From assembly GCA_951406725.2 (NCBI GenBank), contig OX597819.1, positions 118,792,001-118,856,000 of the forward strand: 64,000 bases of DNA, read 5' to 3'. Each line of letters starts with the position of its first letter. The first letter of the stretch is position 1. Source of the stretch: Octopus vulgaris (lineage: Eukaryota). The position numbers were made by a program, and so were the translations under genes. Under the pieces are notes generated by a model, which was given only the letters and a program-made list of their open reading frames with translations, made no database searches and was not told the origin of the DNA. This document shows, in pieces, positions 1 through 11,336 of this stretch.

Positions 1-248
1 ACCATTATATCCAGGAATGGTAAATTGGTACTACTCATCTCTTTTGTAAATTGGAGAGATGGGTGTAGGTTGTTCAGGAGGATATTGAACTCTTCCAGAG
101 TATTTAGAGATTCTGTCCAGATTATGAAGCAGTCGTCTAGGTATCTCTTCCATGCCTTTTCAATATATTTTCTAAATCCAGTGCCATAGTTTACCTCCAC
201 CTCTTGGTAGAGTTGTTGTTCTAAGTATCCCATTACAGAGTTGGCGTA
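1..248 (-). mobile_element. Penelope-like element reverse transcriptase, 5'-truncated fragment continuing beyond window start
   Basis: Manual minus-strand translation is open: YANSVMGYLEQQLY...AWKRYLDDCFIIW...LNNLHPSLQFTKEMSSTNLPFLDIM. These are PLE-type RT motifs (RYxDD, LNxxHPxxxFT, PFLD). The 5' end abuts a (TA)n tract. Confidence 0.85.
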
Positions 249-268
249 TAAATATATATTTATATATT

Positions 269-306
<38 letters not shown>

Positions 307-309
<3 letters not shown>

Positions 310-472
310 GACGGGCTTCTTTCAGTTTCCGTCTACCAAATCCACTCACAAGGCTTTGGTCGACCCGATGCTATAGTAGAAAGCACTTTCCCAAGGAGCC
401 ACGCTGGGGGCTGAACCCGGAACCATGTGGTTCGTAGGCATGCTACTTAACACACAGCCACTCCTACGCCTA
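307..472 (-). mobile_element. tRNA-derived SINE family A, 5' half
   Basis: Minus strand reads TAGGCGTAGGAGTGGCTGTGTG (A-box-like) and GGTTCCGGGTTCAG (B-box-like), matches copies at 17083, 46965 and 49452, and ends in the internal (TA)n. Confidence 0.85.
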
Positions 473-1379
473 TGAATTTCAAAATTTGATAGATTCTATA
501 TAGAGGTGTAACATTTTCTAGCAACACTTGTTGTCCGATTCATTACCATATTGATCCGGGTATTGGCGATAAGGTGAAGCAATTGGAACTTAAACAAGAA
601 AAGACGGTTTGTCAATTTCTGCCGGTAAAAAAATTATCAATTAAGGATTCTCATAAAGTAGAGAAGTGATAAATCCAGGAAACGCAGAGGTTTTTTCCCT
701 TGGGCCTCATTATTCCATCCGCCTGTTTTTCAAATCTTTTTCACAGAAAGCCCATATGTTACTATGGTAGCGAGATCCGTGTCTAATACTGCTGGCAATA
801 ATACTCCGCTTCTTTAAAGGCCTCATGAATGCCTCGCATGAAATGCTGTCGCAGTAAATTTGAGCAGTGTGAGTATTGTTACCAATACATGTTCCAATTA
901 ATTCTTTTGATTTTAAACCTCGCCATATTGCAACACCTCCACTGCATACAGATATTCAACTCTCCTAACTGTGCAATGATGGCGGACATGTAATATCTAT
1001 TCTTAATATACCCACATCACTTCAACATATCTTCGTTGGAAAGTGGGTATCTTCTTCATATAATCTCCACTACCTCTCACAAAACTTCACCCTTCTATAC
1101 TGACGGTCTTCCTTCGGATTAGGAATTATTTTTTGCAATGTAAACAATTTAAACGATAAGAGACATTTTGTAATTCCTGTTTCCTCTCTTCCTTGAAATG
1201 GCAATTTTCTCGAGATGTGCAAAAATATTTTACATTGTGACGTTCGTCGAATACCATGGTTTTTAGGAATGATTTATGAGGACAGCCTGATCATGTTGAA
1301 TCTCGCATGTAGTTCTGCTTGAAAACCATACACAAAAGTGTATATGCACTTCGAGTGCAATATAGAATTCAGAAGACTT

Positions 1380-1832
1380 AGGGCATCTCATTCCCTGCAG
1401 ATAAAATGACCTTGGCTTTCTCTAGAGCAGATAAGAAAGTTGTCTCCACTGCATGAATTTGAATTTCGTACAATGCGATGAACCCAGCACTCCTTTTGGG
1501 TTAGGAAATGTTCAAGGACACCAACTGCCAACTATTACCGCTTCAACAATGACAGATTTTGCTGTGATGTGATCAGCCTGGCGCGCTTTTGATCAGGTAT
1601 CAGAAAACGTGGCAGCCACCAAGCAGGAATCTTTGTAATACCAAGTTCACTGGGCAGAATATCTTCAATTCTATAACGAGATACACTCAAAGCATTGGAT
1701 ATTCGATTATAATCAATCATGTGCTATCCTTCACCATGTGATGAAAATGATCAATGAGATCTTCGGTGGTGCAAGTTGCAGGACATCCAGGCCTTGAGTC
1801 ACCTTCAATACTTTCCTATCCCACCCGAAATT
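1380..1832 (-). pseudogene. Decayed mariner transposase fragment
   Basis: Minus frames give ...RPGCPATCTTED..., KIPAWWLPRFLIPDQKRARL (WVPR/WVPHEL-like), FLTxxECWVH and KAKVILSAG, with frameshifts and stops. Confidence 0.75.
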
Positions 1833-1839
1833 CAGCTGC

Positions 1840-1904
1840 CCAGTCTTGCCCTGTCTTGCCAGTCTTGCCAGTCTTGCCCTGTCTTGCCAGTCTTGCCAGT
1901 CTTG

Positions 1905-1992
<88 letters not shown>
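1840..1992. repeat. 9-10 bp minisatellite (CAGTCTTGC/CCTGTCTTGC) followed by (CT)n and (TA)n
   Basis: Tandem units directly visible. Confidence 0.9.
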
Positions 1993-1995
<3 letters not shown>

Positions 1996-2324
1996 ACTTA
2001 TAAACAAGGGCAAAAGAAAATTATCCCTATGCCTATATGCTGATAACAATCTTTTAAATCGTCAATTTCCACATATTATTATACCCACTACAGAAATACG
2101 TTGTGCCAAAATCGAGGAAAGCTAGCCAACAGAAATTTTTTTCAAGTTCGTTATTTCTATATTGAATCAATTTCGGAATGAATCTCATAATAGATGTTTT
2201 CCTCTTCAGTAGAAAATACGAATAGAAATAAATGAAATACCCACATGCGCCCATGAAAGAATAGTTGAAGCTAAAGTCATGAGTACATATAAGTACCCCA
2301 GATATATCTAAATATAAAATCCTT

Positions 2325-2476
2325 TGGCTGCTTTCAGTTTCTGTCTAGCAAATCCGCTCAAAAGGCTTTGGTCGACTCCAGGATATAGCAGAAATCACTG
2401 GCGCAAGGTGTCATGGAGTGGGACTGAACTCGGAACCATGGGGTCGATATGCAAGCTACTTACTTCTCAGCCACTT
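2325..2476 (-). mobile_element. SINE family A, degenerate 5' half
   Basis: ctttcagtttctgtctagcaaatccgctcaaaaggctttggtcg...gggactgaactcggaaccatg matches family A. Confidence 0.75.
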
Positions 2477-3249
2477 CGGTATAATGAAATACAGAAATAG
2501 ATATATGTAGATATAGGGAGATAGACAGAGATAGAAAGAAAGAGACACAGAGAGGCAGATAAACTGTCAGACAATCAAATGATTGTGCGTACATACTTGG
2601 AGACTTGGCTACTAATATAGTTGTTGGTCTATGTATCCGTTTGAAAGAATCTATATTACTCAGGAGAACGTATGTTAAATAAGATTTCGTAGCTAAGCAC
2701 CTCGCAAGAATAACTTAGTAATTCAGTTCAGTCTGAATTTCTAGAAGTCAAACTTACAGGAGATTAATTAAGAAAGTTACTTTGAAGCCAAACGGGCCTG
2801 GATAATTTCTATGCAACGTGATGTCGTGAATCTTAATTTATGTCAATAATGCACACTAAATGCTTTAAGTCTATTCTCAAGGGAACGGACAGCATTTAAA
2901 AAAGTAGCATTATAGGATAGCATATCCTCGTTAGATGAAGAAGTGAGTCTCAAATCGCTTAAGTGCTCTTTTCATTGACATGAAAAATCCCACTTAACAA
3001 TAACGTTCATAAAAAACGAATAAATAATCAAATACACAATAAAATATAACAAAATACACAAAGTTCCATGAGAGGGTATTTAAAATAACCAACGTTGAAA
3101 GACGAAAAAAAAAAACCATATTAGAAATGTTTAATGTTTGCAACAAAATTAAAACTAACGCAGTAAAATGAGTCAAAGCATTATGGAAGAAAAAATGCTG
3201 GAATGAAATGGCATGTTTACTGAAAATAATGTCTATTTTTTAATCTTTT

Positions 3250-3624
3250 TTTTAGCTATTTCAATCATTAGAGTACTGTTATGATGAGGCATGGTCTTGA
3301 ATTTTTATTTAGTCGAATGAATTTTAAGTCTGGTACTTATTTTATCGGTTTCTTTTGCCAATCTGCTATGTTACGTTGACTTAAACACACCAAGCCAAGT
3401 GTTGGTGGTGGTGAGGACAAACACAAAAACTCCCGCACAGATATTTGTAATTATATATGCCACTGGGTTATTTCCGTTTCCGTCTACCAAATCCTCTCAC
3501 AAGGTTCTAGACGGGCTGTGGCTATTGTAGAAGACACCCCGCCAAGGTGTCACGCAGTGCCACTGAACGCGGAGCTATGTGGTTTGGAAGCAAGCTTCTT
3601 AACAAACAGCCACTCATGCGCCTA
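3250..3624 (-). mobile_element. SINE family A, degenerate near-full copy
   Basis: ggtacttattttatcggtttcttttgcc...ccgtctaccaaatcc...acagccactcatgcgccta. Confidence 0.75.
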
Positions 3625-5311
3625 TGTTGATGAATTTTTTCATGAAAAAATTCAACACGATTTTAAATATTGCACACATGGACATAATCTCTTTATAGCG
3701 CAGTGCCTGTGTGCAAGTGACCGCATGACTTGCTGGAATTCAACTTCACATATATAAAATGGTATCTTCATAAGAAGAAAATACTATGCGAACAACGTAG
3801 CTGATGTATCAGGAATATATATATATATATTATTATTGGGAACACTTTAGTATGATAGTAAAACATAAAACATAAAACACATTTTTAATTCTCAATAATA
3901 ACACGAAAACAAAATTATGACAAGAATCATCTTTACTGATATTGAATACCATGATCTCTACTAAATTAAACTTGCCTGTTATATTGAATAAATTAGAGGA
4001 GCTACGCAAATTTAGAGATCTATACTCATTGCGTCGCCTTCTTCAATTATTAGATGGGAAATAATAAATATTCTGAAAGTAGTAGTTGCTATTATTTGCC
4101 ATGCAGTAAGGTTTCTGTCTAGTTGAATCTGTATAAGAGAGCTGCTAGTTGTACATACAAATAATGAAGTAACTGATGAACGAGTCAACTGAAATAATAT
4201 TATACCAGGGTTGTGTAAAGTATGTTAACTATTGACCGCGAGATGGATAAGCATCTTCCATTTTTCAAAATCAAGATGATGATAGTTTGAAGATTATCTC
4301 TTATTTTGAATTAAGATATTTCACCATGCTATCAACATTCCTACAAGCGATATATCTGACACACCTAACACCTAACACCTAAACCCCAATAAATTTCACT
4401 CTTATTTCATAATCATATATTAGGAGGCCTGATTCGGAAAAAAAGGAAGAAATACGCAAATATCATGAATAACTTACGTTACACTTATTCAATCTGCACT
4501 AGATTATTCAAACATTAGAACAAGGATCTATATTACGATTAGAATTTGGAAGCGTTTGATGAGATATTTCAAGATGACTACAAAATAGATGTATCTATAT
4601 CATAATATTTATTGTGCATATGAGGCATGAAAATTCTCAGAAACAGTAGAAAAATTTGACAACACACTTAATGAAGTGTGTTGTCAGATGATCATCGATT
4701 CCTTTCCTTGCTCAAGATTTTTAGTATGGGTTAATTTCAATTGGTCAACGTTTCTATCATCGTTGCCGCATGTTATACTATATAAAACGATGCAAATGAT
4801 TGGTTTTGTTACTGTATTGTGTTTTGTTTCTTGGACAGCAGGCGCTGTCTGTTTTCCACTTGGGATTGAGGAAAAGTAATGTTTTACTAATATGGAAGAT
4901 GAATGATTCAGTGTTACGTATGTTCAAACATACACATATTCCTAGATAATATTTTAGCGTTATCCTGGGGTAAGTGCTTGCTTCAAAACAATCATTTACT
5001 AATTTCATCTTCAGTGGCTAAACTTCAATTTTCTGATGTCCGATTTACATTTAAATAAAGCATTTTCATTCTTAGTTGTGATGGTTTTATCACAGAGTTT
5101 AAGTCGCAACTCACAGTAAACATATTTTGTTACAGAATGTTTACGAAATTTCTACACATTGGACATTAGTACACATTAATCTATACAACGCTGAGTTGGC
5201 ATCAAATTTCTACTGCGGCCTTGCGATATAAATTAGAGTGAAAATGTTATGATAGAATACACACTACTTTCTTATTTCCTTTGAATGACTACGTTGTAGG
5301 GGCAAGTTTGG

Positions 5312-5741
5312 TATTTCTTTATTGCCCACAAGGGGCTAAACATAGAGGGGCAAACAAAGACAAACAAACGGATTAAGTCGATTATATTGACCCCAGTGTG
5401 TAACCGGTACTTATTTAATCGACCCCGAAAGGATGAAAGGCAAAGTCGACCTCGGCGGAATTGGAACTCTGAACGTAGCGGCAGACGAAATACCTATTTC
5501 TTTATTACCCACGAGGGGCTAAACACAGAGGGGACAAACAAGGAAAGACATAGGTATTAAGTCGATTACATCGACCCCAGTGCGTAACTGGTACTTAATT
5601 TATCGACCTCGAAAGGATGAAAGGCAAAGTCGACCTCGCCGGAATTTGAACTCAGAACGTAACGCAGACGAAATACCGCCTAGCATTTCCACCGGCGTGA
5701 TATACCGGCAGACGAAATACCGCTAAGCATTTCGCCCGGCA
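5312..5741 (-). mobile_element. tRNA-derived SINE family B, partial tandem array
   Basis: Two bodies containing gaaaggatgaaaggcaaagtcgacctcg plus a duplicated head fragment; reverse complement of copies at 29383 and 61521. Confidence 0.85.
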
Positions 5742-6207
5742 TAAACAAATACATTCACACATTTAAAAACTTTCCAAAATAATTTGATAAAGTCTATTTC
5801 CGCAGCAGAGATGTGCGAAAAGAAATGCTAAAAGAAAATTGACATCTAGAATTTCTTTTAACTTTAACCATACGAAAAAAAGATTGTTTCGACATGTAGC
5901 TAACATGACAAGTGACCAACCGTCTCAGAAGGTGAAGACTTTCATTCTTTCTTTCTTTTTTCCTTTCTGTCTTTCTTTCTTTCTTTCTATCCTTGTTTTC
6001 ATCTATCTTTCATCCTATCTCAGGAAGCATTTTATAACAGGTCTGGTCCCTGAGGATTGCGTGAAGGCAGCAGATATGTTATAAAATACTGTCCGAGATA
6101 TTTGTAACAAATAGTAGCTCATAAAGACGATTTTTGTGTACATTAAATAGCATATATACAAACAGACACATTCAAAAATGCAGACAAGCACACGCACGCA
6201 CACTTTG

Positions 6208-6440
6208 TGAAGGCACATGGATTACACGTTAGGGTGTTGCTCTGACGACTGCGAGATCTGGGTTCTTTACCCACACCGGGCGTTGCGTTGTGTTCTCGAG
6301 CAAAGCACTTCATTTCAAGTTGCTCTGCGATCATTTTGCCATCTCACATGTGTCACCCAGTGGCATCTTTACAGGTAATGTCGAAATGATGGAGAGAATG
6401 AGATTATGGTTACACAAACATTTGATCACAATAAACAAAC
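6208..6440 (+). mobile_element. tRNA-derived SINE family D, degenerate
   Basis: Head aggcacatgg...ttagggtgttg and body ttgtgttctcgagcaaagcacttcatttcaagttgctctgcgatca; a related copy lies on the minus strand at 56270-56442. Confidence 0.6.
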
Positions 6441-6510
6441 TAATATGTGTGGTTGCTGCGTATGAAATTGCCGAGTCCATTATATTTATATATATATATA
6501 TATATATATA

Positions 6511-6910
6511 TAGGCGCACGTGTGGCTGTGTGGTAAATAGGTTGCCAACCATATAGTTGCAACTTGGGTAACTGTCTTTTTGTATAGCCTCGGGCTGACC
6601 AAAGACTTGTGATTGGATTTGGTAGACGGACACGGAGAGATGCCCGTCGTATATGTGTGTGTATTTGTGTGTGTGTGTGTGTGTGTATTTGTGTGTGTAT
6701 TTGTGTGTTTGTGTTTGTACACCCACCATCGGTTGACAACATATGTTGATGTGTTTACGTCCTCGTAACTAAGCGGTTCGGCAATATAGACAGTTGCAAT
6801 AAGTACTAGACTTACAAAGAATAAGACCTGGGATCGATCTGTTCGACTGAAGGTGGTTCTCCAGCATGGCCGCAGTCAATTGACTGGAACAAATAAAGAA
6901 TATAAGAATA
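6511..6910 (+). mobile_element. SINE family A, full length with internal (TG)n
   Basis: taggcgcacgtgtggctgtgtggtaa head, internal microsatellite and ctccagcatggccgcagtcaattgactgg tail. Confidence 0.85.
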
Positions 6911-7385
6911 AAAGTATAAATATATATATATATATATATATATGCATATATATATTAAAATATGGATATATGTGTATCCATATGAAAGCACGTGTAAGTG
7001 TATAAATATATATATGTTTTGTGTGTGTGTGTGTGCAATACAACAATTTGTTATTTATATGCATTTAGATACATGCATTGAATTTGCCTTATTAAATTCC
7101 GAACACACATTCTATTAAATACATGGATGGAGATACGTTTAATACTAACAAAAGATATTGCTAATTGTTTAATGTAATATTCCACAAGTAATTGTATCAT
7201 TGTGTTGGAAACTGATTCCCTATTTAAAGGAAATTTAAACTTCCAGTAGTTATGTTGCTGTAATGCTAAATAGCTAAATCAGCATTCTAGTTTAATAACT
7301 ACTCATCCATGTATTTATAAGCGTATCTATATGTCATTCACCTTCCTTCTCTCTCCCCCTGACTCCTCCTCTCTCATTCTCTCTG

Positions 7386-7444
<59 letters not shown>

Positions 7445-7449
7445 GTATG

Positions 7450-7534
<85 letters not shown>

Positions 7535-7656
7535 GAGTGAGTGTGTCTGTGCACGTGGGTCTTTGTGTGTGAGCCTGTGCATATACTGACATGACAGACA
7601 CATGGACACGTTTATATCCATATATATAAAGATATTTGTATACACGCACACACACG

Positions 7657-7707
<51 letters not shown>

Positions 7708-8129
7708 ATGTGTGTGTGTGTGTGCGTGTGTGTGTAGGTATAATTTTATGTGTGTTTTATATGCATGAGGTTATGAATGTATGAATCTTTTGTTTGAGTA
7801 GTTATGTAATTTCTTCTGAAATTATAGTTTTATATCATGATGCGTTCATCTCATCAAATACCATTTCTCTAATTAATTTCCTCAAACACCTGTTACAAAA
7901 TGTAAGAAAGAATAAACAACATGTGTTGTATTATAATTGGGGAAGAAAACTGAAGCTGTATTATCATGGCATATTAAAATCTATAATTAATTAAATATCT
8001 AGAATCTCATTATGCAAGTTTGAAATAATGCATAATTCTCGTTATATAATTACAGAATGATTACCAGCCACTCTGCGAATAATGGAATAATTTCTATAAA
8101 TTATGACGAACGCTCATATTCTAACACCT

Positions 8130-8350
8130 CAAAATGAACGCGCTTACTGTATTCCTGTAATCTTCATCTAGTTGACAACGTGTGAGAGGCTGCTGTGAAT
8201 TTCCTGTATTTAAGGCTGTTAGGAACGGCCTTGTTGGAGGCCCAGCCCTCCGAGTTCTTTTGTAGGGCTTAGAAAAACTGAAGCAACGCTGCAATAAGCG
8301 TGTGAATCTAAGAGAGGTATATGATGGATATAATTTATTGATACTCCTCT
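8130..8350 (+). pseudogene. Mariner transposase C-terminal remnant
   Basis: ggcttagaaaaactgaagcaacgctgcaataag...aatctaagagaggtatatg translates to GLEKLKQRCNKxVNLRxxY, similar to the mariner C-terminus; highly decayed. Confidence 0.45.
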
Positions 8351-9285
8351 GTTTTCTTTTACCAAAGGCAGGATAGTTTAGCACAACCTCGTAATCCACT
8401 TCTTTTATTCTATGTAGCGTAGTTACATAGTTATAAATTAAGTGCATTCCATCCGCATAGCATTATCAAATGTAGAGTCTATAATTTTGAATCAAGCAAG
8501 GTATTTATTTGTGCGCACTTATGCATGTGTAAGAATTTAAGGTGTCCAAATATTTTTCATGTAAAAATTCTTAATAAATATGTCCGAATTTAAGTTTTAG
8601 ACAGATATTGCACCCTTATAATCGTATAGAATCTCTAGATGCTGGTTGCTGTGCTGTGCAGTTTCTATACACGTAGAGTGTAGGAGTTTTCTTTGGACCA
8701 GAATGAGATGAAGGCTGCTATCTTTTGGTGTGCAGCATTGGCAAGCAAGCGTCACCTTGAAGGCTATCTTGGCGACATTGGAGAGGACGAGGCATTGGAT
8801 ATGGCTGCAGAGACTTGATGAGACGCTGCTGTAAAAGTGATGGTCCCAAAATGGATTGAAATGCGAAACAGTAGTTGGGGCCTTGCATAAGTATGAGTGG
8901 AGTTGGTGCGCTCTAAACCGACGAGAGGATGGTCCCTAAAATGTTACACATTCTCTCTGATGACACTTGAAATATTCTGGCATCCGATGTGCGGAGTTTT
9001 CGACTAATTCTAACTCTATAATCATAATACTATCAACTATCCTCGACATGCTGGAAAGCCTGGAAGGCATCTTTAACAGACGTAAAGTTATCCAAAGAGT
9101 CGGGTTGACAATGGCAAACATCATCAACGTCGCAATGAAGTAGAAAATATATTGCAGAAATCTATATGCATCCTTGTGGTTTTGTGTGTAGGCGTTCGAA
9201 TGTGATTTTACGCGAGTATGCGTGAATGTGTAATAAATGAAACTGAAAATGCACAGAGAACATATGAAGGTCTATTTAGAATTTA

Positions 9286-9322
<37 letters not shown>

Positions 9323-9347
9323 CGTATGTGCGTGTGTGTGTGTGTGT

Positions 9348-9384
<37 letters not shown>

Positions 9385-9388
<4 letters not shown>

Positions 9389-9540
9389 AGAGTTTACGAA
9401 ATAAACAAAAGGCGAAGACAGTTGGTGTACAAAACAAACAGATGTATTAATATAACGCTCAGGAATAGAAAAAGTATTTTACATTTCGAGCCTACGCTCT
9501 TCTACAGAAAGATACACAGACAAAACAAGGAGAGGAAAAA
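9385..9540 (-). mobile_element. ~150-bp mini-HHR element, copy 1 (HHR-like motif 9477-9511)
   Basis: Minus strand reads cttt-CTGTAGA-agagc-gtag-gctc-GAAA-tg-TA-aaa, with 3' end aactctcc-(TA)n; five copies in the window. Confidence 0.7.
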
Positions 9541-9543
9541 ATG

Positions 9544-9595
<52 letters not shown>

Positions 9596-9608
9596 TATAT
9601 ATATATAT

Positions 9609-10641
9609 GATTTTGATGATTTTGATTTGATTGATTTTGATTTTGATTTTGATTTTGATTGATTTTGATTTTGATTTTTCCAGTTTCAGCTTATGAGCTG
9701 TGGCCGTGCTGGGGCACCGCCATTTGGTGTTGCTACTTGGTTTCACTTCATGAAGGCTTTCTAGCAGCTGCTATTTGGTGCATGAGAGAGTTCGATGCAG
9801 CTGCCCTCATCTGCCCCTCCTGCCGTGAAGTTGGTTCATCTGGGACACCTGAGAGGAAGAGATCCAGCTTCATTTTAAAGACATCTGTATCCACCCCATG
9901 CAGGTCTCTCAGGTTCTTCGGGAGGATATTGAAGAGCTGTGAGCCTCGGAAGCCCAGGCTATCACAGAATCTTGTCCTACATCTTGATGGCAAGTTTGGA
10001 GTCCTAGGCACCACGCAGTGGCGCCCAGTTCTGGCATTTGCGTAACTCTCGATGCCAAAGTTCAGGACACTTCCCTCCAGGATCTTCCAGATGTATATTA
10101 TGGCATATCTTTCCCGCCTACGCTCCAGGGAATATAATGTTAATTTCCTGAGTCTTTCCCAGTAGCTTACATTCTGCATAGAGGCTATCTTCTTCGTGTA
10201 GCTACGTTGGATCGCCTCGAGCTCTGTGATCAACTTGACACTGGATGGTGACCATAACTGAGAGCAGTAGTCAAAGTGGCTTAGGACAAGTGTCCTCCAG
10301 AGGACCATCATGGTTTCTTGTTCTCTTGTTCTAAAGGTTCTGAGGATCCATCCGGCCAGTCGTCTACATTTCATTGCCAATTTAGCAACATGTACACGAA
10401 AGGTCGCGTCATCACTCATGTAAATACCTAGGTCACGCACTGATTGTGCCTCTGGGATTGCTATTCCTCCGGGTCCAGTGTATTCATTGGGTATTGCATT
10501 TAGTTTTGCATGCTGATAGTATAGAGCTTGAAACTTTTCAGCATTGAACTGCATGCTATTCTTTTCGGCCCACTTGTATATTTTGTCTAGCTCACATTGC
10601 AGGTGTTTAGTGTCCTCAGGGTTCTGTATTGCCTGTGAGAC
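9609..10641 (-). mobile_element. 5'-truncated CR1/L2-group LINE (ORF2 C-terminus, 3' UTR stem-loop, (AAAATC)n tail)
   Basis: Open ORF to the stop at 9748: LQCELDKIYKWAEKNSMQFNAEK, VRDLGI, DYCSQLWSP, LEAIQR, YWERL, LYSLERRRERY. Tandem tail at 9609-9680; (TA)n on both sides. Confidence 0.92.
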
Positions 10642-10657
10642 TATATATATATATATG

Positions 10658-10742
<85 letters not shown>

Positions 10743-11046
10743 CAAACTACGATGAACGTAAACAAACAAAATTTGGTTTAGAAGAGTTGAGATTTCTTAG
10801 ATGTGATTTTAAATTCTAAAACGCACGATAATGCTAATAATATAACCTGAAAAGGATAAGCTACCCATATTTTGCAGGAAAATGTGTCGGCGGCCCCAAA
10901 AAACTGAATTCATTTCTGATAATATTTCCAGTTTAATAATTAGATTATAAATAGTTTTGTGCATATAAATTTATATATATACTTTAATTATAATAGTGCA
11001 AACATTATCAGAAAACAATTGTATTTCTCTTCTCAAATATATAGAC

Positions 11047-11189
11047 GAAGGCGCGGCTGCGTGCTAAGAAGCTTGCTTCCCAACCACATAGTTTTTGGGT
11101 CAGCCCCACAGCGTGGCACATTGAAAGGTTAATTTCTAATATAGCCTTGGGGCAACCAAATCCTTGTATGTGTATGTGGTAGACATAAA

Positions 11190-11195
<6 letters not shown>
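11047..11195 (+). mobile_element. SINE family A, degenerate 5' half
   Basis: gcggctgcgtgctaagaagcttgcttcccaaccacat...tggtagacataaactga running into (TA)n. Confidence 0.7.
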
Positions 11196-11252
<57 letters not shown>

Positions 11253-11299
11253 TACGAGAGAAAGCTAGGAGAGGGAGAGTTAGCTAGCTAACAAGCAAG

Positions 11300-11336
<37 letters not shown>

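Noticed and set aside
4790-6084. Possible two-exon secreted peptide (MQMIGFVTVLCFVSWTAGA... spliced to the acceptor at ~6022)
   Set aside because: Signal-peptide-like stretch and splice sites are plausible by chance; no recognisable homology or other support.
10845-10895. CTGAAAA...GAAAatgtgTC hammerhead-like string
   Set aside because: Core mismatch and no pairing in stems I or II.
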